From NCBI GenBank assembly GCA_903829815.1, contig CAIKRR010000045.1:71226-135225 (forward strand): DNA of 64,000 bases, read 5' to 3'. The notes below the pieces were generated by a model, which searched no databases, was not told where the DNA came from, and worked only from the letters and a program-made list of their open reading frames with translations. Both the position numbers and the translations under genes were made by a program. Shown here in pieces: positions 48,997 to 58,664 of this stretch (its first letter is position 1; every line of letters begins with the position of its first letter). The DNA comes from an uncultured Pseudomonadota bacterium. GTDB lineage: Bacteria; Pseudomonadota; Gammaproteobacteria; Burkholderiales; SG8-39.

Positions 48997-51900
48997 TCAG
49001 TCCGGTGGTAGCGGGCCGAGCAGGTTCTCGACGTCCTGCAGCGTGAGGTTCTCCCCCTCGAGGTCGCCCCCCGAGAGGATCGAGGCAGCCAGGTTGGCCT
49101 TGCGCTGCTGCAGTTCGAGAATGCGTTCTTCCACGCTGCCAGCGGCAATCAGCTTGTAGACGAACACCGGTTTGTCCTGGCCGATGCGGTGGGCCCGATC
49201 GGTCGCCTGACGTTCCACCGCCGGATTCCACCACGGGTCGTAGTGGATGACCGTGTCGGCCGCGGTGAGATTGAGCCCCACGCCACCGGCGCGCAGACTG
49301 ATCAGGAATACCGGCACCTCACCCGCCTGGAAGCGTTCGACCGGGGTGCGCCGATCGGTCGTCTCGCCGGTAAGCGTCACGTACGGAATCTTCGCCGTGG
49401 TAGCGGCTGCGGCGATCAGCTTGATCATTTCGGCAAATTGCGAGAACACCAGGACTCGCCGGCCTTCCTCGATGAGCGAGGGAAGCCTTTCCATCAGGGC
49501 GCTGAGCTTGGCCGATTCAGTGATGTCGCGAGCGCCAGCCAGGCGTACCAGGCGCGGGTCACAGCAGGTCTGGCGCAGTTTCAGGAGCGCATCGAGCAAG
49601 GCCACATGGCTGCCGGCCAGACCTTCGCGCTCGAGTGTGGAGCGCAGTTCCCGATCGACCACCGCGCGCACCGCTTCGTAGAGATCGCGCTGACCACCGG
49701 TGAGCGTGATGCGCTGGATCACCTCGGTCTTGGGCGGCAACTCGGGGGTCACCATTTCCTTGGTGCGCCTGAGAAGGAAGGGGCGCAGACGCTGCGCCAG
49801 CTGATTGCGTCGTTCGCTGTCGCCGTTCTTCTCGATCGGCGTGCGATAGAGGCGTCTGAAGGCCGTTTCTTCACCCAGGAAGCCCGGCAGCAGGAACCGG
49901 AAGAGCGACCAGAGTTCACCCAGGTGATTCTCCAGCGGCGTGCCGGTGAGGCACAGCCGGTGCTGCGCGCGCAGTTCGCTCAGCGCGCGCGCAGCCTGGG
50001 TGGATGCGTTCTTGATGTTCTGCGCCTCATCGAGCACGATGGCACTGTACTCGATGGCAGCCAGCGGCTTGCGGTCGCGCGCAAGCAAGGGGTAGGTGGT
50101 AATGACGACATCGACCTGCGACATGCGAACGAAGTCGCGCTTTCGCTGGGGCCCTTGCAGCGTGAGGAAGGTGAGGTCGGGTGCAAAGCGCGCGAGTTCG
50201 CTTTCCCAGTTGTGCACCACACTGGTTGGCGCGACCACCAGTGTCGGATGCCGCAATCGTCCGGCTGCTTTTTCGGTGAGAAGGTGTGCCAGCGTCTGCA
50301 CCGTCTTGCCCAGCCCCATGTCATCGGCCAGCACGCCACCGGCGCCCAGTTCGCGGATGAGTTGCAGCCAGGCAAGGCCAGCGCGCTGGTAGCGTCGCAG
50401 TTCGGTCTTGAGGGTGGGCGGCACTTCGACCGCATCGGGGTCGATGGTTGCATCCAGCCGGCTGGTGACCGCCAGCAGACGCGCGTTGCCTGCCCAGTCG
50501 GTCCTGACATCCTCCAGGGCGGCCAGGCGTGCGCCATCCATCTCGTGCAGGCGGATTCGTCCGCCCGAGGGCACATCACCCAGTTCGGCGAATACGCCAA
50601 AGATGCGCTCCAGACGCGCACGCGGCAGGGCCAGCATGCGTCCCCCGGTGCCACGCACGAGTACCGTGTCGCGTCGCCCGCCCTCGAACAGGGCCCGGCG
50701 GATCTCGGGCAGCAGCGGCAGCAGGTTCACGCGCTGGCCGCCCACCTCGATGCCCAGTTCGACGTCGTACCAGCCGTCCCCCGAGGACTGCACCTGCGCT
50801 GTCCACTGCCGTGCTTCCTCGACCTCGAACAGGAACCCGGGGGCGCGCCGGATGATCCAGCCCTCGCCGGTGAGTTGCGGCAGCCGGAGCATGAATTTCG
50901 TCCACTGCTCCTCGGTGCCGAACGACCAGGCATCAGCCAGTCCCGAGGGCCAGATGACATGCGGTCCGATTTCATGCAGGGTGCGCATGTCTTCGCTCCG
51001 CAACCGGTCCAGTGACAGTCGCTCTGAGCGCAGGTCGCGTTGCACCTGACGGATGCTGCCGTGTGCGTAGCCGCGCAGCACCGTCGGGCCATCGGGTTGT
51101 GCCACCAGCCCGCCGTAGTCGTAATCGAGGGTGGCGTAGTGCAGCATCGAAAGCCCGCCCATCGAACGGCCCATGGAGCCACCGGCGTAGGGGTCGCTGT
51201 ACAGGGTGAGTCGCGCTCGAGGCGCGACTCGCGCCAGGGTCTCTTCCGGAATGGCCGCCGGCAGCGGCAGCCCGGGTGCAACCTGCGCCATCGCGGCGCG
51301 CGAGGCACTGGCCGCCAGCGGCAGCACCGGTGGGGCACCCAGCAACGCCAGGACCTCGGCCGCTGACAGGTCGAGCTCGAGCGGTCCGGCGGTGGCGCTT
51401 GCGGCATCGATGTAGAGCAGCGGGGTGGTGGTCACCACCGCGGTCACCCCGGGGGTCGAGACGACCTGTACGGTCTGTTCGCCAGTCTCGTCGATGCACC
51501 AGGCCAGTGTTGCGCGACGTTTGGGGCCGGCCGCCAGTGCCGGGCCCTCCAGGCTATCCCAGTGGCAGCGCCCGGTGGCCACCAGGCGCTCGATCATCTG
51601 TGAGGGCATGCGCGGGGTCACGCCGAAGGTGCCCTCGGGTGTTGGCTCGGCATCGAGCAGCAGGGCACGCAACAGCCGCCGATCATGCATGGCCAGCGAA
51701 CCCCCGCTGCCCGAGGCGGCCGCGCCCGGATCGGCCAGGCGCTGGGCGCCGACATAGCGTCCACCCGTGGTGCGCCGGGCGACCGCCAGGCGCAGTTCGG
51801 CGCGCAACGCGATGGTGTCGTCAGCACCCAGAATGTAGAGCAGACAGTCACCGGCGTCGGTTGCGGCAGGCTCTTCGCGCTCGCCGATCGAGCCCAGTTG

Positions 51901-52008
51901 ATCAAGAAATTCACCGAACGCGGCGTCTGGTTCGTCGAGTGAGGACTTGATTTCATTTGCGGGAGCCCCGCTTCTCGGCGAGAATCCCGAGTTGGTCAGC
52001 GTGCCCAT
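48997..52008 (-). CDS. SNF2/RAD54-family helicase with a ~520-aa uncharacterised N-terminal region
   Basis: Helicase motifs [28 protein letters not shown], and the C-terminal block [32 protein letters not shown]. Confidence 0.9.
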   Translation of the reverse strand: MGTLTNSGFSPRSGAPANEIKSSLDEPDAAFGEFLDQLGSIGEREEPAATDAGDCLLYILGADDTIALRAELRLAVARRTTGGRYVGAQRLADPGAAASGSGGSLAMHDRRLLRALLLDAEPTPEGTFGVTPRMPSQMIERLVATGRCHWDSLEGPALAAGPKRRATLAWCIDETGEQTVQVVSTPGVTAVVTTTPLLYIDAASATAGPLELDLSAAEVLALLGAPPVLPLAASASRAAMAQVAPGLPLPAAIPEETLARVAPRARLTLYSDPYAGGSMGRSMGGLSMLHYATLDYDYGGLVAQPDGPTVLRGYAHGSIRQVQRDLRSERLSLDRLRSEDMRTLHEIGPHVIWPSGLADAWSFGTEEQWTKFMLRLPQLTGEGWIIRRAPGFLFEVEEARQWTAQVQSSGDGWYDVELGIEVGGQRVNLLPLLPEIRRALFEGGRRDTVLVRGTGGRMLALPRARLERIFGVFAELGDVPSGGRIRLHEMDGARLAALEDVRTDWAGNARLLAVTSRLDATIDPDAVEVPPTLKTELRRYQRAGLAWLQLIRELGAGGVLADDMGLGKTVQTLAHLLTEKAAGRLRHPTLVVAPTSVVHNWESELARFAPDLTFLTLQGPQRKRDFVRMSQVDVVITTYPLLARDRKPLAAIEYSAIVLDEAQNIKNASTQAARALSELRAQHRLCLTGTPLENHLGELWSLFRFLLPGFLGEETAFRRLYRTPIEKNGDSERRNQLAQRLRPFLLRRTKEMVTPELPPKTEVIQRITLTGGQRDLYEAVRAVVDRELRSTLEREGLAGSHVALLDALLKLRQTCCDPRLVRLAGARDITESAKLSALMERLPSLIEEGRRVLVFSQFAEMIKLIAAAATTAKIPYVTLTGETTDRRTPVERFQAGEVPVFLISLRAGGVGLNLTAADTVIHYDPWWNPAVERQATDRAHRIGQDKPVFVYKLIAAGSVEERILELQQRKANLAASILSGGDLEGENLTLQDVENLLGPLPPD
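51957..51985 (+). promoter_or_regulatory. Putative alaS promoter (TTGCGG-N17-GAGAAT) lying inside the first codons of the divergent SNF2 ORF
   Basis: Hexamers read at 51957-51962 and 51980-51985, about 39 nt upstream of the alaS ATG. No experimental support. Confidence 0.3.
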
Positions 52009-52023
52009 CAACCTGCCTTCATC

Positions 52024-54639
52024 ATGACATCAGCCGAGATTCGTTCCAGATTCCTCCAGTTCTTCGCCGAGCGCGGACACACGATCGTGTCGTCGAGCTC
52101 ACTCGTGCCGGGCAATGATCCGACGCTTCTGTTCACCAACTCGGGCATGGTGCAGTTCAAGGAGGTATTTCTCGGCAAGGAGGTACGGGGTTACCGGCGG
52201 GCCACGACGGCTCAGCGCAGCGTAAGGGCAGGTGGCAAGCACAACGATCTGGAAAACGTCGGCTACACCGCGCGCCATCATACGTTTTTCGAGATGCTCG
52301 GCAACTTTTCGTTCGGGGATTATTTCAAACGCGAAGCCATCCATTCTGCCTGGGAACTGCTGACCCGAGTCTACGGCATTCCGGTCGAACGCTTGTGGAC
52401 TACCGTCTACCACGAAGATGACGAGGCCTACGACATATGGACCCGCGAGATCGGCGTGCCAGCCGAGCGCTGCGTGCGCATCGGCGACAAGCCCGGTGGC
52501 ATGCCCTACCAGAGTGACAACTTCTGGCAGATGGCCGATACCGGCCCCTGCGGTCCATGTTCCGAAATCTTCTACGACCACGGGCCCGACGTGGCGGGTG
52601 GTCCGCCCGGTTCGCCCGAGGCCGATGGTGACCGCTACATCGAGATCTGGAATCTCGTCTTCATGCAGTTCAATCGCGACGAGCAGGGGGTGATGACCCC
52701 GTTGCCACGTCCGTGCGTCGATACCGGCATGGGGCTGGAGCGCATCGCCGCTGTCTTGCAGGATGTGCACTCCAACTACGACATCGACCTCTTTCAGGCA
52801 CTGATTCGGGCCGCGGCACGCGAAACGGGCGCCGCCGATCTGGGCGACAACTCGCTGAAGGTGGTGGCCGATCACATCCGCGCGTGCGCGTTCCTCATCG
52901 TTGACGGCGTCATACCGGGCAACGAGGGGCGCGGTTACGTGCTGCGTCGGATCATCCGGCGCGCCATCCGCCATGGTTACAAGCTCGGCCAGAAGAAGCC
53001 TTTTTTCCATCGGATGGTGGCCGACCTGGTTGTGGTGATGGGGGATGCCTATCCCGAACTGGTCGAGGCCGCCAGCCGCGTCGAGCAGGTGTTGCGTGCC
53101 GAGGAGGAGCGTTTCGCCGAGACGCTCGACAACGGGATGCGCATTCTCGAGTCGGCCCTGCAGCGGGAAGACCACACGCTCGATGGCGAAACGGTTTTCC
53201 AGCTCTACGACACCTTCGGGTTTCCGGTTGATCTCACCGCCGACATCGCCCGCGAGCGCAATGTCACCGTCGACATGGCCGGTTTCGAGGCGGCCATGAA
53301 CCGCCAGCGGGAGCAGGCGCGGGCTGCCGGCAAGTTCCGCATGGCAACCGCCCTGGACTATGACGGCAGCACGACCGAGTTCGTCGGCTACCAGAGCCTC
53401 GAGGCCGAGGCAACCGTCGTCGCGCTCTATCATGAAGGCGTCGCGGTCGATGAACTGCAAGGCAGCCAGTCCGGTGTCGTGGTGCTGGGGCGCACCCCCT
53501 TCTACGCCGAGTCAGGCGGTCAGGTCGGCGATCGGGGCGAACTGTGCGGCGTCGACGGGTCCTTTGTCGTTGCCGACACGCAGAAGTTGCAGGCCAATGT
53601 ATTCGGACATCATGGCTCGGTGAGTGTTGGTCGTCTGCGTATTGGCGATTCGGTAACGGCCCGGGTCGATCTCGATGCACGCAGTCGTGCCGCCTGGAAT
53701 CATTCGGCGACCCATCTGATGCATGCGGCCTTGCGCGACGTGCTCGGCACCCACGTGCACCAGCGTGGCTCGTTGGTCGATGCGCAGCGCACGCGCTTCG
53801 ATTTCTCGCATGCCGAAGCGCTGACGGCGGTTGAACTGCTCGCGGTCGAGGAGCGCGTCAATCGCGAGATTCGCCGCAACGTCGAGGTGTCCAGTCGCGT
53901 CATGAAATACGACGAGGCGATACGCACCGGTGCCATGGCACTCTTTGGCGAGAAGTATGGCGACGAGGTACGCGTGATCCAGATGGGCGAGTACTCCACC
54001 GAACTGTGCGGTGGGACGCATGTGCGTCGCACCGGTGACATCGGCCTGTTCAAGATCATTGCCGAATCGGGGGTTGCAGCCGGCATACGCCGCCTCGAGG
54101 CAGTGACCGGTGAAGGGGCACTCGCGCATGTCCAGGCCCAGGCCGGCCAACTCGCCGAGGTTGCGCAGTTGCTCAAATCCAGTCCGATCGACATGCCCCA
54201 GCGGCTTGCCCAGTTGATGGATGGCATGCGTACCCTCGAGCGCGAACTGGCGCGACTGAAATCCAGGCTGGCGGCTGCGCAGGGCGACGACCTGGCCGAC
54301 AGTGCCCTCACGGTGCGTGGTGTGCGGGTGCTGGCCGCAACGCTCGCGGGTGCTGATTCGCGGGTTCTGCGCGAGACGCTCGACAAGGTCAAGGACAAGC
54401 TCAAGTCGGCGGTGGTGGTGCTGGCTGCCGTCGAGGGAGACCGGGTGAGTCTGGTGGCGGGTGTGACGGCCGATCTGACGGCAAAGGTCAAGGCGGGCGA
54501 ACTGGTCAACATGGTTGCTGTCCAGGTCGGCGGCAAGGGGGGCGGTCGGCCGGACATGGCGCAAGCCGGCGGCACCGATGCGTCGGCCCTGCCCAAAGCG
54601 CTCGCTACCGTGGCGGGATGGGTCGAATCCAGGCTCTGA
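52024..54639 (+). CDS. alaS: Alanine--tRNA ligase
   Basis: [20 protein letters not shown]-terminus and editing-domain HxxxH ([10 protein letters not shown]). 871 aa. Confidence 0.98.
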   Translation: MTSAEIRSRFLQFFAERGHTIVSSSSLVPGNDPTLLFTNSGMVQFKEVFLGKEVRGYRRATTAQRSVRAGGKHNDLENVGYTARHHTFFEMLGNFSFGDYFKREAIHSAWELLTRVYGIPVERLWTTVYHEDDEAYDIWTREIGVPAERCVRIGDKPGGMPYQSDNFWQMADTGPCGPCSEIFYDHGPDVAGGPPGSPEADGDRYIEIWNLVFMQFNRDEQGVMTPLPRPCVDTGMGLERIAAVLQDVHSNYDIDLFQALIRAAARETGAADLGDNSLKVVADHIRACAFLIVDGVIPGNEGRGYVLRRIIRRAIRHGYKLGQKKPFFHRMVADLVVVMGDAYPELVEAASRVEQVLRAEEERFAETLDNGMRILESALQREDHTLDGETVFQLYDTFGFPVDLTADIARERNVTVDMAGFEAAMNRQREQARAAGKFRMATALDYDGSTTEFVGYQSLEAEATVVALYHEGVAVDELQGSQSGVVVLGRTPFYAESGGQVGDRGELCGVDGSFVVADTQKLQANVFGHHGSVSVGRLRIGDSVTARVDLDARSRAAWNHSATHLMHAALRDVLGTHVHQRGSLVDAQRTRFDFSHAEALTAVELLAVEERVNREIRRNVEVSSRVMKYDEAIRTGAMALFGEKYGDEVRVIQMGEYSTELCGGTHVRRTGDIGLFKIIAESGVAAGIRRLEAVTGEGALAHVQAQAGQLAEVAQLLKSSPIDMPQRLAQLMDGMRTLERELARLKSRLAAAQGDDLADSALTVRGVRVLAATLAGADSRVLRETLDKVKDKLKSAVVVLAAVEGDRVSLVAGVTADLTAKVKAGELVNMVAVQVGGKGGGRPDMAQAGGTDASALPKALATVAGWVESRL

Positions 54640-54650
54640 AGGAGCATGCA

Positions 54651-55151
54651 ATGACAGATGTCGCAGAACGAGCACAGGTGATCGGTTCCCGCCTGAAGCG
54701 CTGGCTGATCATCGGCCTGTCCTTTCTGGTTGTTGTCATGGTGGTCTATACCTGGGTGGTGCTCAGCTGGAGTTTTTCAGTCGGCGAGCGGGCTGGCTGG
54801 GTGCAGAAGCTCTCGCTCAAGGGCTGGGTGTGCAAGACCTGGGAAGGCGAGATGGCCATGGTGACCGTGCCGGGCACCGTACCGGACAAGTTTGCCTTCA
54901 CCGTACGCGATGAGGCTGTGGCAGCCGAGGTCAACCGCCTGAGCGGGCGACGCGTAAGCCTGCGCTACGAAGAGAAGGTGGCGGTGCCGAGTTCCTGCTT
55001 CGGTGAGACCCGCTACTTTGTGGTCGGCGTGCGTGCCATCGAAGACGCAACCCCGCTGCCAGGTCCCGCGCAGATCACGCCGCCCGCCACCGGCACCGCC
55101 GCGCCGGGTTCCGTCCCCGCAGACGCTGCGGCTCCGGCTGTCAAGCAATGA
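54651..55151 (+). CDS. N-terminally membrane-anchored protein of unknown family (166 aa)
   Basis: AGGAG lies 6 nt before ATG 54651. One TM segment (WLIIGLSFLVVVMVVYTWVVL), two Cys, and a Pro/Ala-rich tail. High GC3 is consistent with coding. Confidence 0.6.
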   Translation: MTDVAERAQVIGSRLKRWLIIGLSFLVVVMVVYTWVVLSWSFSVGERAGWVQKLSLKGWVCKTWEGEMAMVTVPGTVPDKFAFTVRDEAVAAEVNRLSGRRVSLRYEEKVAVPSSCFGETRYFVVGVRAIEDATPLPGPAQITPPATGTAAPGSVPADAAAPAVKQ

Positions 55152-57472
55152 AGTACTGGGCTGCAGCCGCCGGGGTGGTGCTTGCCGCCGCGGCCCTTGC
55201 CCCTGCTTCAGGGGCGCCTGCGTCGGGCATTCGCACCCTGGATCGTGCGCTCGAGGCCACGGGGGGAGCGGCTGCCTGGCAGTTGGCGCGCACCCAGACC
55301 TTCATGGTCACTGGCTCTGCGGCGCACTGGGAGCCTCAGCAGGCCATCATGCCCGGCGGTGAGCCCCGAGCGGTTGGCAAGTCCCAGTTTGTCGAAACCG
55401 TGGTACCCGCACGCCACGCGATGCGTACCGACTGGGTGCGGCAATTGGTCTACCCGAGCCCACGCGAGTATCGCTACAGCGAAGTGACCCTCAGGGATCG
55501 GGGTGTTGTACTGGGGATCGATTCCACCGGACTGACCGGCGCCGCGATGTCCTCATCCCCACCTGTCCATGCCATGGCTACGCGGCGTCTGCGGACCTAT
55601 GCCCGTGAGGCGATGCGTGCGAGCCCGATGCTTCTGGCCGAGATGGCCCGCGATCGCACGCAGGTCGTGTCCTTGTCACCCGAGACGATCGATGGTGTCG
55701 CGTTCGAGCGCCTGCGCTATCGCTCCCCGCATGGCCAGTTCACCGTGTTCTTCGAGGTCGCCAGTGGTTTGCCCACCCGCGTTCGCACCGATGACGATGA
55801 CCCGGTCGAGGGCGACTCGACATTCGACCTGCTGCTGTCCGACTGGCGCATGGTCGGTACGGTCAAGGTGGCTCATCGACGTCTCTACCGTCTGAACGAA
55901 GTGACCGTAGCCGACCTTCAATTGAGTTCGGTGGTGCTGGGTGCATCGGTCAAGGAAGAGGTCTTTGCCGCTGCTGTTGCGCCAGGGCCTTCTCGGCCAG
56001 ACACGCAGCAGTCTCGTGCACAGACGGGCCCCAGCCTCAAGGGCGCCGCAGATGCCGTTCCCTGGCAGTGGTTCATCCGTCGCGGCAACATGGGCACGCT
56101 GCTCGATACCGACGAAATGGCCTGGGATCCAGCCGTCTCCAAGGGTTTGCGGCTTGAATCGCTCGCCGATGGCGTCTTCATCACTCAGGGGGCATCCCAC
56201 AACACGCTGGTCGTGGAGATGGATGACTTTCTGGTGGCGGTTGATGCGCCGGTGTCCGATGCCTATTCGGCCTGGGTTCTTGCGGCCCTGCGTGAGCGGT
56301 TCCCGGGCAAGCCGGTACGCTACCTGGCGCTGACCCACCATCATGTGGATCACGTCGCTGGGGTCAGGCCCTATCTTCAGGCGGGTGCCACGCTGCTTGT
56401 CGGTGCCGGGGCTGGCGATTACTGGCGCACGCGCATTGCCCGTTCCCACCGGCTGAGTCCGACCAGCCCGGCCGCGCTCGAGCCGCGTGTGACCGAGGTG
56501 GCCGAGCGCTTCACCCTCTCCGACATGCGACGTGAAGTCGCTTTCTGTCTGATCGACAATCCGCATGCGGCCTCGACGCTGATGGCCTGGGTGCCGCATG
56601 CGCGTCTGGGATTCGTGAGCGACATCTGGAGTCCGGGTCGTGATGCGCTGGGCACACGGCCGACGCCAGGCCAGGCAGCGGTCGTTGCTGCTGTCAAGCG
56701 CTACGGTCTGCAGCCTGTCCGCTTTGCCGGTGGTCATGGCTCGGTGGCCGCCTGGACCGATCTGGAGCGGATCGCCGCGTCGCGCCTGCTGCGGGTCGTC
56801 AGCGGCGGGGCAGCCAAGGCGGCCGTGGCACCCCTGGCCGAAGAGTGGGCAAAGCGCTCTGGCGCAACCTTGCAGCTCGAGTTTGCGCCAATGGGTGCGA
56901 TTGCCCAGCGGCTCGAGCGCGGCGAGCAATTCGATATGCTCATCATGACGCCTGAGGCGCTGGCCCCGCTCGCGGCGCAGGGACGGCTGAGCGCCGAGAG
57001 TGCTGTGCCGATCGCCCGTGTCGGCGTGGGTGTTGCCGTCAATGACAAGGCGCCTCGTCCCGATATCAGTACGGCGGCTGCGCTGCGCGACTTCCTGCTG
57101 CGAGCGAAATCGGTCGTCTATATCGATCCGGCGATCGGCACCAGTGGCCGCTTCGTGGTCGAGGCTTTCGAGAAGCTGGGTATCACCGCGCAGATGGCCT
57201 CGCGCACGACCCTGGGTACCGGCGGCTATGTCGTTGCCCCAGTGGGGCGTGGCGAGATCGAGGTGGGCATTCATCAGGTGACCGAGATACTGCCGGTGCC
57301 CGGTGTCGTCCTGGCGGGCGAGCTGCCTGGCGATTTGCAGCACTACACCGCCTATGTCGCGGCGCTGCCCAAGACCTCGGCCGAACCGGCACTGGCGCGA
57401 CAACTGGTCGAGCATCTCACCGGGCCAGCCAGCGCCCAGACCTATCGGCGCACCGGCTTCGTCACGCCCTGA
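55148..57472 (+). CDS. Secreted three-module protein: unknown N-terminal domain + MBL-fold hydrolase + ModA/PBP2-like solute-binding domain
   Basis: Signal peptide MKYWAAAAGVVLAAAALAPASG. HHHVDH at nt 56336-56353. The C-terminal ~230 aa (from about nt 56780) resembles stand-alone periplasmic binding proteins. ATGA overlap with the upstream gene. Confidence 0.75.
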   Translation: MKYWAAAAGVVLAAAALAPASGAPASGIRTLDRALEATGGAAAWQLARTQTFMVTGSAAHWEPQQAIMPGGEPRAVGKSQFVETVVPARHAMRTDWVRQLVYPSPREYRYSEVTLRDRGVVLGIDSTGLTGAAMSSSPPVHAMATRRLRTYAREAMRASPMLLAEMARDRTQVVSLSPETIDGVAFERLRYRSPHGQFTVFFEVASGLPTRVRTDDDDPVEGDSTFDLLLSDWRMVGTVKVAHRRLYRLNEVTVADLQLSSVVLGASVKEEVFAAAVAPGPSRPDTQQSRAQTGPSLKGAADAVPWQWFIRRGNMGTLLDTDEMAWDPAVSKGLRLESLADGVFITQGASHNTLVVEMDDFLVAVDAPVSDAYSAWVLAALRERFPGKPVRYLALTHHHVDHVAGVRPYLQAGATLLVGAGAGDYWRTRIARSHRLSPTSPAALEPRVTEVAERFTLSDMRREVAFCLIDNPHAASTLMAWVPHARLGFVSDIWSPGRDALGTRPTPGQAAVVAAVKRYGLQPVRFAGGHGSVAAWTDLERIAASRLLRVVSGGAAKAAVAPLAEEWAKRSGATLQLEFAPMGAIAQRLERGEQFDMLIMTPEALAPLAAQGRLSAESAVPIARVGVGVAVNDKAPRPDISTAAALRDFLLRAKSVVYIDPAIGTSGRFVVEAFEKLGITAQMASRTTLGTGGYVVAPVGRGEIEVGIHQVTEILPVPGVVLAGELPGDLQHYTAYVAALPKTSAEPALARQLVEHLTGPASAQTYRRTGFVTP

Positions 57473-57480
57473 GGGCAGCC

Positions 57481-57489
57481 GGGGGGGGG
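57481..57489 (+). repeat. Homopolymeric G9 tract in the intergenic region upstream of the DAHP synthase gene
   Basis: Read directly: cagcc-ggggggggg-cgacg, 9 nt after the upstream stop codon and 62 nt before ATG 57551. Confidence 0.95.
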
Positions 57490-57550
57490 CGACGCAGGTC
57501 GGGGTGCGGTTCGATTCAGTACAATGGCATGCTCCACTGGAGCGTCAGCC

Positions 57551-58636
57551 ATGTCCCATACCCCGTCCCGCCCTGTCGATGATGTGCGCATTCGCGCGAT
57601 CATGGAACTCTCGCCACCGGCTCAGGTCATCGATGAATGGCCCGCTACCGGGGCCGTGCGCGATGTCGTATTCGGGACCCGCCAGGCCATTCATCGCATC
57701 CTGCACGGGGCCGACGACCGACTGCTCGTCGTCGTTGGCCCCTGTTCGATTCATGATCCACAGGCTGCGCTCGACTATGCCGCGCGGCTGCTCGTGCTGC
57801 GTCGCGAACTGGCCGCAGATCTCGAAGTGGTGATGCGAGTTTATTTCGAGAAGCCACGCACCACGGTGGGCTGGAAGGGGCTCATCAACGACCCGGCCCT
57901 GGATGGCAGTTTCGACATCAACCGGGGCCTGCGCACGGGGCGCCGCCTGCTCCTCGAGATCAACGCGGCGGGGGTGCCGGCCGGTGTCGAGTACCTGGAC
58001 ACCCAGACCCCGCAGTATCTGGCCGATCTGGTGAGCTGGGGTGCGATTGGTGCGCGTACGACCGAGTCGCAGGTGCATCGCGAGCTGGCATCGGGCTTGT
58101 CCTGTCCGGTCGGATTCAAGAATGGCACCGATGGCAATGCCCGGATTGCCGTCGATGCGATCAAGGCGGCCAGTTCGCCGCATCACTTCCTGTCGATCAA
58201 CAAGAATGGCATTTCGGCCATCGTGGCCACTGAGGGTAACGAGGATTGCCACATCATTCTGCGCGGTGGCAAGGAGCCCAACTACGACGCGGCCAGCGTC
58301 GAGGCCGCCTGCGCCGATCTGGGCCGCGCCGGGCTGGCGCAGCGCCTGATGATCGACTGCTCGCACGCCAACAGTCGCAAGGATTACCGACGTCAGGTTG
58401 AAGTCTCCGCCGACATTGCCGCGCAGGTAGCTGGCGGTGATGAACGCATCGTCGGCCTGATGATCGAATCGCATCTCAATGCCGGCCGTCAGGATCTCGT
58501 CGCCGGCAAGTCCCTCACCTACGGGATGAGCATCACCGATGGCTGCATCGGTTGGGATGACACGGTGCCCGTGCTGCACGCGCTTGCCGAGGCAGTGCGC
58601 GCCCGCAGGCTCGCACTGACCGCCGCAGCCGAGTGA
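57551..58636 (+). CDS. aroG: Class I (AroF/G/H-type) 3-deoxy-7-phosphoheptulonate synthase; isozyme specificity cannot be determined
   Basis: LLVVVGPCSIHD, KPRTTVGWKGLINDP and IDCSHANS motifs. ATG verified at 57551, with GGAG 8 nt upstream. Confidence 0.95.
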   Translation: MSHTPSRPVDDVRIRAIMELSPPAQVIDEWPATGAVRDVVFGTRQAIHRILHGADDRLLVVVGPCSIHDPQAALDYAARLLVLRRELAADLEVVMRVYFEKPRTTVGWKGLINDPALDGSFDINRGLRTGRRLLLEINAAGVPAGVEYLDTQTPQYLADLVSWGAIGARTTESQVHRELASGLSCPVGFKNGTDGNARIAVDAIKAASSPHHFLSINKNGISAIVATEGNEDCHIILRGGKEPNYDAASVEAACADLGRAGLAQRLMIDCSHANSRKDYRRQVEVSADIAAQVAGGDERIVGLMIESHLNAGRQDLVAGKSLTYGMSITDGCIGWDDTVPVLHALAEAVRARRLALTAAAE

Positions 58637-58664
58637 AGAAGGCCCGACTCGCACGAGCCAAGCC

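Noticed and set aside
48997-52008. SNF2 helicase considered as part of a DISARM/BREX/Zorya-like anti-phage system.
   Set aside because: There are no partner genes (methyltransferase, DUF1998, PLD nuclease, ZorAB and so on). Its neighbours are nupC and alaS, and the locus shows no mobile-element hallmarks.
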